A DNA stretch of 64,000 bases from Waterburya sp. (GTDB lineage Bacteria; Cyanobacteriota; Cyanobacteriia; Cyanobacteriales; Xenococcaceae): NCBI GenBank assembly GCA_965217895.1, contig CBDCJV010000002.1, positions 1,920,001 to 1,984,000 on the forward strand. The letters are read 5' to 3'. The first letter of the stretch is position 1; each line of letters opens with the position of its first letter. The position numbers were made by a program, and so were the translations under genes. The notes beneath the pieces are model-generated. The model did not search any database. It saw only the letters and a list, made by a program, of their open reading frames with translations, and had not been told where the DNA came from. Positions 41,243-49,753 of this stretch are shown one piece after another.

Positions 41243-42034
41243 TTAAGTAAACATAATTTTACGCATTATAAAAGCCATCAGACTAACTGCACACACAACG
41301 GCTAATTGTCCTGGTAGAGGATGAATTGTATAAATGGCGATCGCTTGAGACAAAGAGATGCCTTCGCCTAAACCCCTTAAATAATAAATTATTGTTAAAT
41401 AAATCAGACCGACTAAATGAATGACCACTAATCCTGTAAAACAACTGGCAATCAAAGCAGAGAATCGCACCAAAGTTTGAAATGCTAGCCAGCCACAAAG
41501 CCAAGCACCAAGTATAAATCCCAGAAGATAGCCAAAATTAGGCTGCTGTAAATAACTCAATCCACCGCCTTGGTCAAATATAGGTAGTCCACTAATTCCC
41601 AACAGCACATATGCAGTTTGAGAGATTAAAGCAGCATTTTTTCCACCCACACAGGCAATAAATAATGCTGCTCCAATTTGATAGCTTACTCCTAAAGTAT
41701 GAACTCCAAAGGTATCACCAAACCAAGACCAAGGGGCAGCAATGGTATAGGCAGGAATAAAAGTTCCACCAATAGTCAAAATCAGACCAACTCCTGCCCA
41801 CAGGAGCATCTCAGGCACAGGAGGAACATAAGCTCGATTTGGCTTATCTAATCTAATGTCTAGCTGATCTCGTAACCACTTGTTTTCTTTTTGTAGGCTC
41901 TCTAAATTTTGCTGCTTTTGTTGAGTAAGTTGTTGTAATTGATCGATAACTTCTTTAACTGGACGGGGAGTAATTTCCCATTCGTAATCACTAATGTCGG
42001 TGTTGGGTTTAGACGATTCTTTCAGATTGGACAT
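41243..42034 (-). CDS. bioY: Biotin transporter BioY with N-terminal coiled-coil extension
   Basis: SYQIGAALF, AYVLLGISGLPIFDQGGG, PNFGYLLGF. Confidence 0.88.
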   Translation of the reverse strand: MSNLKESSKPNTDISDYEWEITPRPVKEVIDQLQQLTQQKQQNLESLQKENKWLRDQLDIRLDKPNRAYVPPVPEMLLWAGVGLILTIGGTFIPAYTIAAPWSWFGDTFGVHTLGVSYQIGAALFIACVGGKNAALISQTAYVLLGISGLPIFDQGGGLSYLQQPNFGYLLGFILGAWLCGWLAFQTLVRFSALIASCFTGLVVIHLVGLIYLTIIYYLRGLGEGISLSQAIAIYTIHPLPGQLAVVCAVSLMAFIMRKIMFT

Positions 42035-42100
42035 AAACCGAGACTGTTGATGGCATTTTCCAGTTTAGCTTTTGATTAGCTATTTGTTGAGCAAATTGAA

Positions 42101-42142
42101 CATTAAACATTAAGCATTGAGCATTGAGCATCGAGCATTAAA
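42101..42142. repeat. Heptamer tandem repeat CATT(A/G)A(A/G) x6
   Basis: cattaaa cattaag cattgag cattgag catcgag cattaaa. Confidence 0.8.
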
Positions 42143-42146
42143 TATT

Positions 42147-42572
42147 CTAATCAAGCACAGCGTCGCCAGTCCACCAGCCTGATATTATGATAGTTCCTCT
42201 GTGGTGTTTGACTCTATTTACAGTCATAAAATAAGCATAAGCTTTGCCTAAAAATCGATCATCTAAGCTATAAATATTAACCAACTGGCGATCGTATTCA
42301 TTGAGACTTGAATCTCGCCCTGGTTGATAACCTTCTAACCTGTCCAAGCTATTTAAAACATTAAGGTCAATAAAAGAAAGTAAAATTCCCCTAACTTTAT
42401 TTTTTCCTTCAGTCATAGCGGGATAACCAACGGGCAAAGTATATAAATTTCCCCAGGTATAGGCAGAAATTTGTTGTTGAACTTTTCTACCGCAATAGTA
42501 AGAAAAATTGACTTCTCCTGGCTTGAGTGTACCGTAAACAAAAACATTAAGAGTTAACGGGTCAGATTTCAT
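42147..42572 (-). CDS. Gamma-glutamylcyclotransferase-family protein
   Basis: VFVYGTLKPG, GYPAM, LDRLEGY, YDR. Confidence 0.88.
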   Translation of the reverse strand: MKSDPLTLNVFVYGTLKPGEVNFSYYCGRKVQQQISAYTWGNLYTLPVGYPAMTEGKNKVRGILLSFIDLNVLNSLDRLEGYQPGRDSSLNEYDRQLVNIYSLDDRFLGKAYAYFMTVNRVKHHRGTIIISGWWTGDAVLD

Positions 42573-42614
42573 TGGATAATTAATATCTGATAATTAATAA
42601 TTAGGATTTAATCA

Positions 42615-43397
42615 TTGAGAGTAGCTACTTGGAACGTTAACTCAATTCGGACTCGCCAGCAGATCGTTGTTGATTGGTTACAGCAACATCGAGTAGACGT
42701 TCTTTGTCTGCAAGAAACCAAGGTGCAGGATCATGAGTTTCCGCGATCGCCTTTTGTAGATTTGGGCTACAACACCTACATCTCAGGTCAAAAATCTTAT
42801 AATGGCGTAGCTATTTTTAGTCTTCAGCCTCTAAGTGAAATTAGTTGTGGCTTTAGTCCGATTGTGGGAGATGAGGCGCAGGATTTCGATCTGCAAAAGC
42901 GGGTGATTACTGGTGTGGTAGATAATATACGAATTGTCAATCTCTATGTGCCTAACGGTTCGGCGATCGCTAGTGAAAAATATGAATATAAACTAAACTG
43001 GCTCAAGATTTTGCAGAAATACCTGCAAACACTACAGATTCAAGAACAAGAAATATGTGTCTGTGGCGATTTTAATATTGCCCTAGAAGATAAAGATATT
43101 TATACTTCCAAGGGTAGAGAAGAACATATTATGTCTTCTCCTGTTGAGCGAGAAGCCTTAAAGCAAGTATTACAACTTGGCTTTCAAGATGCCTTTCGTA
43201 AATTTACCTTAGATGAAGGTCATTATAGCTGGTGGGATTACCGCGCTGCTGGCTTTAATCGCAATCGAGGTTGGCGTATCGATCATCATTATCTAACCCC
43301 AAAGCTATATCAACAGGCAACTAAATCTTGGATTGATGCTGAACCCAGAAAGCTAGCCAAACCTAGCGATCATGCCCCTGCGATCGTCGAATTTTAA
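42615..43397 (+). CDS. xth: Exodeoxyribonuclease III
   Basis: ATWNVNSIR, LQETK, YVPNG, GDFNIA, GWRIDH, PSDHAP. Confidence 0.96.
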   Translation: MRVATWNVNSIRTRQQIVVDWLQQHRVDVLCLQETKVQDHEFPRSPFVDLGYNTYISGQKSYNGVAIFSLQPLSEISCGFSPIVGDEAQDFDLQKRVITGVVDNIRIVNLYVPNGSAIASEKYEYKLNWLKILQKYLQTLQIQEQEICVCGDFNIALEDKDIYTSKGREEHIMSSPVEREALKQVLQLGFQDAFRKFTLDEGHYSWWDYRAAGFNRNRGWRIDHHYLTPKLYQQATKSWIDAEPRKLAKPSDHAPAIVEF

Positions 43398-43422
43398 TCT
43401 GCAACAGCATTACGAACCCAGG

Positions 43423-44343
43423 TTAGATTTGGGCGATCCGCAAACGTTCAATATCTTGAATTGGCGGCGCACCAAACATACGGGAATACTCGCGGCTAAA
43501 CTGTGAGGGGCTTTCATAACCCACCTGATAAGCAGTACTGGCTGCATCCGCATTTTCTGCCAGCATTAGGTGACGGGCGTTTAATAGTCTTATTTGTTTT
43601 TGATATTGCAGCGGACTCATGGATGTGACTGCTTTAAAATGGCGATGGAGTGAAGAAGAGGACAAATTAACCTGTTCGGCTAAATCTTCAATCCGCATTG
43701 GTTTAGCGAAGTTAGTTTTGATTATTTTAATCGCCCTAGCAATATTCTGCATATTGCTGCCAGATGTAGCGATTTGACGAACCGCTTCGCTTTGTTCGCT
43801 GACTAAAAGGCGGTAATAAATTTCACGTATAATTAACGGTGCTAAAAAAGGAATGTCTTGGGGTGTATCCAAAAGCCTTACCAGCTTGAGCGCACAGTCA
43901 ATCAAGGGTAAGGTAGCATCGCTAACAAACCAGCCTTTAACAGATTCTTTTTTGTTTGCAGTTGGAGTCTGAGAAATAATGTCACAAAGCTGAACGGGAT
44001 CTAAATCTAGCTTAAGTCCCAAATAAGGGCGATCTGGTGTTGCTTCTGTAACAAATCCACTAAGGGGTAAATCGACTGAGATAACTAAATACTGAGCAAC
44101 TCCATAACGATGGGTTTCTTCCCCTAGCAATGCTTCTTTTTTTCCTTGAACCACAATGGCGAGAATCGGCTCGCTAACATTGTGCATAGAGGTCAAAGTA
44201 TCAGACTCTCGCGTAAATTCTAAAGGTGCGATCGCTGTTCCATGGATGCCATGACCTTTGCCATCGGTACGCCTTGAAATTAATTGCGCTATCTCTTTAC
44301 ACTTGCTGATAGTCGTCTCATGCTCCAGTGCTTCAATGGTCAT
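43423..44343 (-). CDS. AraC-family transcriptional regulator (YqhC-like)
   Basis: N-terminal VVQGKK..LVISVDLP; C-terminal HTH HFKAVTSMSPLQYQK..VGYESPSQFSREYSRMFG. Confidence 0.93.
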   Translation of the reverse strand: MTIEALEHETTISKCKEIAQLISRRTDGKGHGIHGTAIAPLEFTRESDTLTSMHNVSEPILAIVVQGKKEALLGEETHRYGVAQYLVISVDLPLSGFVTEATPDRPYLGLKLDLDPVQLCDIISQTPTANKKESVKGWFVSDATLPLIDCALKLVRLLDTPQDIPFLAPLIIREIYYRLLVSEQSEAVRQIATSGSNMQNIARAIKIIKTNFAKPMRIEDLAEQVNLSSSSLHRHFKAVTSMSPLQYQKQIRLLNARHLMLAENADAASTAYQVGYESPSQFSREYSRMFGAPPIQDIERLRIAQI

Positions 44344-44417
44344 GTTTAATTCCTAACGAGTTTGGCTATGTTTACCAGCTTATTATAAAAAAACCTACTC
44401 TCGTTAATCTTGTATTT

Positions 44418-44452
44418 GAGAGAATTAGGCAATTGTACGAGAGGATTAGGCA
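44418..44452 (+). promoter_or_regulatory. Putative AraC-family operator (direct repeat, 21-bp period)
   Basis: GAGAGAATTAGGCA (44418-44431) and GAGAGGATTAGGCA (44439-44452) in the divergent intergenic region. Confidence 0.7.
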
Positions 44453-44516
44453 TTCAGGAAGCTATTATTCAAGCCTATGATGAAACTGTCCAGAAAAAAT
44501 ATGGCAGGATAAAGCA

Positions 44517-45284
44517 ATGACTGAGAACAAAAGAAAAATCGCGCTGGTAACGGGAGCGAGCAGAGGACTAGGCAAAAATACGGCTTTGGCACTGGCGAAA
44601 AAAGGGATTGATGTCATCGTGACCTATCACAGCAACGAAGCAGAAGCTAATAACGTTGTCTCTGCAATTGAAGCAAATGGCGGACAGGCGATCGCGCTAC
44701 AGCTAGATACGTCTGACACAAAAACCTTTGATGGGTTTGCAGCACAAATCAAGCGATCGCTTCAGGAAACATGGCAGACAGAACAGTTTGATTTTCTGAT
44801 TAATAATGCGGGAATTGGAATTAACAAACCCTTTGCAGAAACAACCGAAGCAGACTTTGATCGCTTGATGAATATCCAGCTTAAGGGCGTTTTCTTCCTA
44901 ACGCAGAAACTTCTGACTGTGATAAAAAATGGCGGACGCATCATTAATATTTCATCAGGGCTAGCTCGATTTACACTACCAGGATATTCTGCATACGCAA
45001 CCATGAAGGGAGGAATAGAGGTATTAACCCGTTACATGGCAAAGGAACTGGGAGAAAGACAGATTACCGTCAATGTAGTTGCTCCAGGGGCAATTGAAAC
45101 AGATTTCGGTGGAGGCGCAGTGCGTGACAATTCAGAAATTAACGACTTTATTGCTTCACAAACAGCCTTGGGTCGCGTCGGTGTTCCCGATGATATCGGT
45201 GGTGCGATCGCCTCTTTACTTTCTGAAGATAACCGCTGGGTAAATGCCCAGAGAATTGAAATTTCTGGCGGTACGTTCCTTTAG
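44517..45284 (+). CDS. Short-chain dehydrogenase/reductase
   Basis: TGASRGLG, NNAG, YATMK, APGAIETDF. Confidence 0.93.
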   Translation: MTENKRKIALVTGASRGLGKNTALALAKKGIDVIVTYHSNEAEANNVVSAIEANGGQAIALQLDTSDTKTFDGFAAQIKRSLQETWQTEQFDFLINNAGIGINKPFAETTEADFDRLMNIQLKGVFFLTQKLLTVIKNGGRIINISSGLARFTLPGYSAYATMKGGIEVLTRYMAKELGERQITVNVVAPGAIETDFGGGAVRDNSEINDFIASQTALGRVGVPDDIGGAIASLLSEDNRWVNAQRIEISGGTFL

Positions 45285-45359
45285 ATCTCAGCCTTAGCTA
45301 AACAGAACAAGAAATAAATTTATAAGGTCACTGTCACTAAAAAATAAGAGGTCATTAAA

Positions 45360-46379
45360 ATGCCAAATCCTTCAAATACCGCAGCCTGGCAGCCAGAACC
45401 AGGCGTTGCACTAGAGATTAAACCAGCCCCATACACTTCACCAGGCGAGCATGAGATTGTTGTCAGGAATCTCGCGATCGCCGTCAATCCCGTCGATTGG
45501 ATTATCCAAGACCAGGCTATGTTCGACTGGCTTAAATATTCGCTCATTCTTGGCAGCGACGTGGCGGGTGAAGTCGTAGAGATCGGCAAGGGCGTATCCC
45601 GCTTCAAACCGGGCGATCGCGTACTCGCTCAAGCAACTGGCGGGTTGAGAAACGAGCCTGCCAGGAGCGCCTTTCAACAATACACAGTTATTGCTGAAAA
45701 TATGGCAGCGCATATCCCAGACCCCATTGACTACGCCAACGCTGCTGTTCTGCCACTGGGTCTTGGGACTGCATCATGCGGTCTGTTCGAGAAAGACCAG
45801 TTGGCACTTCAATATCCTTCGGTGCCGCCCAAACCAACAGGCAAGGCACTGCTCATTTGGGGAGGATCTTCGAGCGTTGGTTGCAATGGTATTCAGCTTG
45901 CCGTGGCAGCCGGGTACGAAGTTATTAGCACCGCCTCGCCGAAGAATTTTGATTTGCTCAAGCGATTGGGGGCTAGCCATGTATGCGACTACAATAGCGA
46001 GAATATTGTCGAAGAACTGGTTCAAGTATTGAAAGGTAAAACGATAGCTGGCGCACTTCATACTGTTGGAGATTTGGAAAAATGCTTTGCCGTCGTTGAC
46101 CGCTGTTCGGGACGAAAATTTGTCTCTATGACTTCGCCACTACCCGAAAGCAAACCTGCTAACGTCGATGCCAAGCAAATTTTTGGCGATACGCTCAAGG
46201 ACAACGAGGTCAGTCGAGCGGTCTATGTAGATTTCCTTGGCAACGCTCTCAGCGACGGTGTCTATGTTCTCGCGCCTGAGCCTTGGGTCGTCGGGACTGG
46301 TCTTGAGTCTCTTCAAAAGGGTCTGGAAGTTCAGAAGCAAGGTGTGTCGGCAAAGAAAGTGGTCATCACACTCGAATAA
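45360..46379 (+). CDS. Medium-chain (Zn-ADH-like / enoyl reductase-like) oxidoreductase
   Basis: AVNPVDW, LGSDVAGEV, WGGSSSVG, TASPKN; visibly GC-richer than flanking core genes. Confidence 0.9.
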   Translation: MPNPSNTAAWQPEPGVALEIKPAPYTSPGEHEIVVRNLAIAVNPVDWIIQDQAMFDWLKYSLILGSDVAGEVVEIGKGVSRFKPGDRVLAQATGGLRNEPARSAFQQYTVIAENMAAHIPDPIDYANAAVLPLGLGTASCGLFEKDQLALQYPSVPPKPTGKALLIWGGSSSVGCNGIQLAVAAGYEVISTASPKNFDLLKRLGASHVCDYNSENIVEELVQVLKGKTIAGALHTVGDLEKCFAVVDRCSGRKFVSMTSPLPESKPANVDAKQIFGDTLKDNEVSRAVYVDFLGNALSDGVYVLAPEPWVVGTGLESLQKGLEVQKQGVSAKKVVITLE

Positions 46380-46399
46380 TCTCAAATATATGCGATCGC

Positions 46400-46574
46400 T
46401 TCTTAAACGGCGCGGATGCGCCAGCGTCCCTGAAAGGGACTTTGCACCCAAAGGGTGCTGTGTCGCTTCACCCTCGACAATAGCTTTAACGGGTCGCAGA
46501 CCCGCAACGCTTTGTCTGGCAAGTCGAGATGCGGACAAGTCCTTTGGTCGCATCTGACCCGCCCAACGCCCTGC
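46400..46574. repeat. Array of short GC-rich hairpin elements next to a HIP1 site
   Basis: GGCGC-GGAT-GCGCC, GTCCCT-GAA-AGGGAC, GCACCC-AAA-GGGTGC, CGGGTC-GCA-GACCCG and AGATGCG...CGCATCT, directly after GCGATCGC at 46392-46399. Confidence 0.8.
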
Positions 46575-46652
46575 ATCGCCTTTTTACTTTCTGAAGACAA
46601 CCTCTGGGTAAATGCCCAAAGAACTGAAATTTTTGGCGGTCAGTCTATTTAA
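46575..46652 (+). pseudogene. Duplicated 3' fragment of the upstream SDR gene
   Basis: 46575-46640 matches 45207-45272 at 60/66 nt: IAFLLSEDNLWVNAQRTEIFGG vs IASLLSEDNRWVNAQRIEISGG. Confidence 0.88.
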
Positions 46653-46685
46653 TTCAAATCAATTAAAACAATAAGGAAAATTACT

Positions 46686-47420
46686 ATGTTAAACGTAGAA
46701 AACAAAGTGATTGCTATCACAGGAGCTAGCAGTGGTATTGGCGAAGCTACCGCCAAACTGCTCGCCCAAAATGGTGCCAAGGTAATTCTGGGCGCGCGGC
46801 GCACCGAAAAGCTAGCCAAGATTGTTGAGGCGATCGGTAGTCAAGGCGGTATAGCGGAATTTAAAGCAGTAGATGTCACCAATCGCCAAGATGTAACAGC
46901 GTTCGTTCACTTTGCCAAAGACAAGTTTGGTCGCGTCGATGTCATCTTTAACAATGCAGGGGTAATGCCTTTGTCGCCGATGAATGCCTTGAAAGTCGAA
47001 GAATGGGACAACACAGTCAACGTGAACATCAACGGCGTATTGAACGGGATTGCAGCGGGTTTGCCAATTATGGAGGCGCAAGGTGGCGGACACTTTATTA
47101 ATACCGCCTCAATTGGCGCACATTTAGTATCACCCACCGCTGCGGTCTATTGTGCAACCAAGTATGCCGTTTGGGCAATTTCTGAGGGTCTACGTCAGGA
47201 GTCAAAAAATATTCGCGTGACTACTATATCTCCTGGAGTGGTTGAAACCGAACTCGGCTCTGAAATTACGGACGATTCAGCCAAAGGCTTTTTGCAAGAG
47301 TTACGCAAAACTGCACTAACTCCAGACGCGATCGCCTGTGCTGTCTTATATGCCGTGTCTCAGTCAGATGATGTGGATGTTAATGAAGTGATTGTTCGTC
47401 CAACGGCGAGTGCATATTAA
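46686..47420 (+). CDS. Short-chain dehydrogenase/reductase (second)
   Basis: TGASSGIG, NNAGVMPLS, YCATK, VNEVIVRPT. Confidence 0.93.
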   Translation: MLNVENKVIAITGASSGIGEATAKLLAQNGAKVILGARRTEKLAKIVEAIGSQGGIAEFKAVDVTNRQDVTAFVHFAKDKFGRVDVIFNNAGVMPLSPMNALKVEEWDNTVNVNINGVLNGIAAGLPIMEAQGGGHFINTASIGAHLVSPTAAVYCATKYAVWAISEGLRQESKNIRVTTISPGVVETELGSEITDDSAKGFLQELRKTALTPDAIACAVLYAVSQSDDVDVNEVIVRPTASAY

Positions 47421-47581
47421 TTATTAGAAGAAAGTACTTGAGTTTGACGCTCATTCTAAAACAGAGACGATTCTATTACTATCGTCAATTTGATTGAAAG
47501 CAGAGATGTTTTTAAGCAGGTTTAAAGTTATTCATGGCTTGTATATCTGGACAAACAAAGCAAGGTTTAATCAAGAAAACA

Positions 47582-48397
47582 TTAACTTAAAGATAATTCC
47601 AGCGAAGGAAGTGCTTTAGCTGAAATAAAATTTTGCTCAATTAATATCTGATAAAGATCGATCTCGGTTTCCAGAAGGCACGCATGACCACTTTGAGGTA
47701 ATATTGCCATTTTTGCTTTGGGCATCATGTTAACTAGTTTTTTAGCTTCTGCCACCGAAGGCAACAAGCCATCGGCTGCACCAGCAAGAATCAGGCTAGG
47801 AATTTTTAAACTACCTAACTCCTCATCAGCGATTTTAAAATCTCTAAGCAGAGATAAACGCCAGCTAATTACCTGGGGTGGCAAAGATTTCATACTTTCT
47901 ACTAAGCTAAGGCGATCGCATTCATTAATTCGATTTAGTTGCGCTAAAAAAGGTAATAGTCCCGCAGCCGAGTAGCGATGTATCCAGGTAGGTAGCCAAG
48001 GAGCAATATCCGCGCCTAAACCTAAAATAGGTAGCTGGTTAGAAGAGGAAGCGGGGTTGACTAAAACTAGTTTTTTAATCAATGATGGTGCAGCCAAAGC
48101 TGTTTTTAGTGCTAAACAACCACCAAAAGATTCACCACACAGATATACTTCTTTATTTGTCTTACAGTCTAATTCAGATCTAATCAGCTTTACCGTATCC
48201 CTAGCTAAATCTTGCCAGTTACTGTAGTTATCGCTCCGAATCTTCAGACAACGCAAATCAAAACGAGCCGCTAATTTATCCGCCTGATTCTGAAATAGCT
48301 TACCTGTACCGTCCATTCCAGGCAAGTAAACAAACAAAGGAGCATCTCGGTTAACTTTTCTTGCCTCTATAAAATCTACGCTATATTCAAAACTCAT
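47582..48397 (-). CDS. Alpha/beta hydrolase resembling the esterase domain of ELT/phytyl ester synthase proteins
   Basis: YLPGMDGTG, GESFGG nucleophile elbow, LVNPASS, D(GLLPS), SGHACLLE. Confidence 0.85.
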   Translation of the reverse strand: MSFEYSVDFIEARKVNRDAPLFVYLPGMDGTGKLFQNQADKLAARFDLRCLKIRSDNYSNWQDLARDTVKLIRSELDCKTNKEVYLCGESFGGCLALKTALAAPSLIKKLVLVNPASSSNQLPILGLGADIAPWLPTWIHRYSAAGLLPFLAQLNRINECDRLSLVESMKSLPPQVISWRLSLLRDFKIADEELGSLKIPSLILAGAADGLLPSVAEAKKLVNMMPKAKMAILPQSGHACLLETEIDLYQILIEQNFISAKALPSLELSLS

Positions 48398-48548
48398 AAA
48401 TAATAAATAAAATAAATATGTAAATCGAAAAACTTAAAACTTAAAATTACTTCATATACACTATTGTACTATTGTTTTATATTCCTCTTCAAAGATAAAT
48501 TTATTTACACTTTTCTTTATATTGTGTTCACAGCAAATAATGAAGGGT

Positions 48549-48576
48549 TTACTTCTTACTCCTTACTTCTTACTCA
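48549..48576. repeat. Heptamer tandem repeat TTACT(T/C)C x4
   Basis: ttacttc ttactcc ttacttc ttactca. Confidence 0.7.
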
Positions 48577-49302
48577 CCCTTTATAAGTCCCTTCTTGTAA
48601 TAACTCTGTGATCTGATTCTGGCAATAGTTAGTTAAGTCTGTAGCGAGTATTTTTGCCTGTTTACCCTTATACTCCTGTTTTTGTGCCGTATTTATCAAG
48701 TAAGGACGACCGATCAATACTTTAACGCGGTGGTAAACCAACATTGGATGTAACCCCTGGTGTTCAAAAAATGGTTCTTGGCGATCGAATTGTTTAAGCC
48801 AACTAATAGGAATACTGGGATAATTTGTTTCTGATAAAGAAGCGATCGCCACTGGTAAAACAGCTAAATTATTAACAGGAACTCTCCAGGCTAGATGAGC
48901 AAAACCACGCTGAAATTCGCCCATTTCATAGGGTGCGGTAGGCTCGATCATTGGTTTAGTACCTTCAGGAAATAAACCAACCCACTGTCTAGAAGCAAGA
49001 AGATTGCTTGCTTGGGCAAAAAACTGCTTTTGTCTTTGATTAGCCTCAGCCAAGGGAAAGCAGCCTAAAGAATCAACAATTTCTTTGACTACTGGAATTT
49101 CTCCCATGTAATGATGACAGGCAATTCTTAAAGAATAAGGAATTGTTTTAATCAGAATTGGCGCATCTAAAAAACTACGGTGGTTGCTGATAACAATAGT
49201 CGGAATATCTTGGGGAATGCGATCGCCATAAGATAGAGTCAAATTTAGATTAACTGCCGATATCAAAGACTGAGCGATTAAACGAGGTGGAATAGATGGC
49301 AT
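48574..49302 (-). CDS. PlsC-family (lyso)phospholipid acyltransferase
   Basis: SNHRSFLD (HxxxxD), LFPEGT, VLPVAI. Confidence 0.9.
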   Translation of the reverse strand: MPSIPPRLIAQSLISAVNLNLTLSYGDRIPQDIPTIVISNHRSFLDAPILIKTIPYSLRIACHHYMGEIPVVKEIVDSLGCFPLAEANQRQKQFFAQASNLLASRQWVGLFPEGTKPMIEPTAPYEMGEFQRGFAHLAWRVPVNNLAVLPVAIASLSETNYPSIPISWLKQFDRQEPFFEHQGLHPMLVYHRVKVLIGRPYLINTAQKQEYKGKQAKILATDLTNYCQNQITELLQEGTYKG

Positions 49303-49753
49303 TTAACGAGATTATTGGCTGATCTGAAACAAAATAAACAATACCTTGATGTTGTTGCCAGTTTAGGCTTATCTATAGTATGAAGCACTATTCAACAATT
49401 AACAAAGGTTTTGTGTTTTCTCGATTTATAGAAATTATATTGAAGCTGCAATGATTAATTGAAGGTTAATACAGTTTTTTAATCACTTTGCTAACGAAGT
49501 CGAAAAATTATTAAGTATTTTCTTCAACCCCAAGTTAACCAACATTTTGCAATTGATACTATTTATGTATAGTTCTTATAATTTATTTAAACCAAACTAA
49601 AGTCCTTCAATCTATTAAAATAATTGTTTTAGAGAAGTTTAAAAGTTAGATTAAGGCGTATTGAACATCAATTTTGGCTATATTGCTTTTAAACCTTAAG
49701 GGCTATTAAACATATATCCTTTTGGTTTGGGCAAAACGATCGCTCTTTTTTAA

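Noticed and set aside
42101..42142. CRISPR array (also considered at 4981, 48549, 55791 and 46400)
   Set aside because: These are spacer-less heptamer repeats or non-identical hairpins, and no cas genes are present.
43413..43424. Possible IS982 end (CGAACCCAGGTT) at the AraC island border
   Set aside because: Only 11/12 identity over a short stretch; could be chance.
46140..46652. Short overlapping ORFs (46140-46553, 46237-46557, 46403-46600, 46455-46652)
   Set aside because: They run through GC-rich hairpin repeats or antisense to a real gene. Only the SDR 3' remnant is meaningful.
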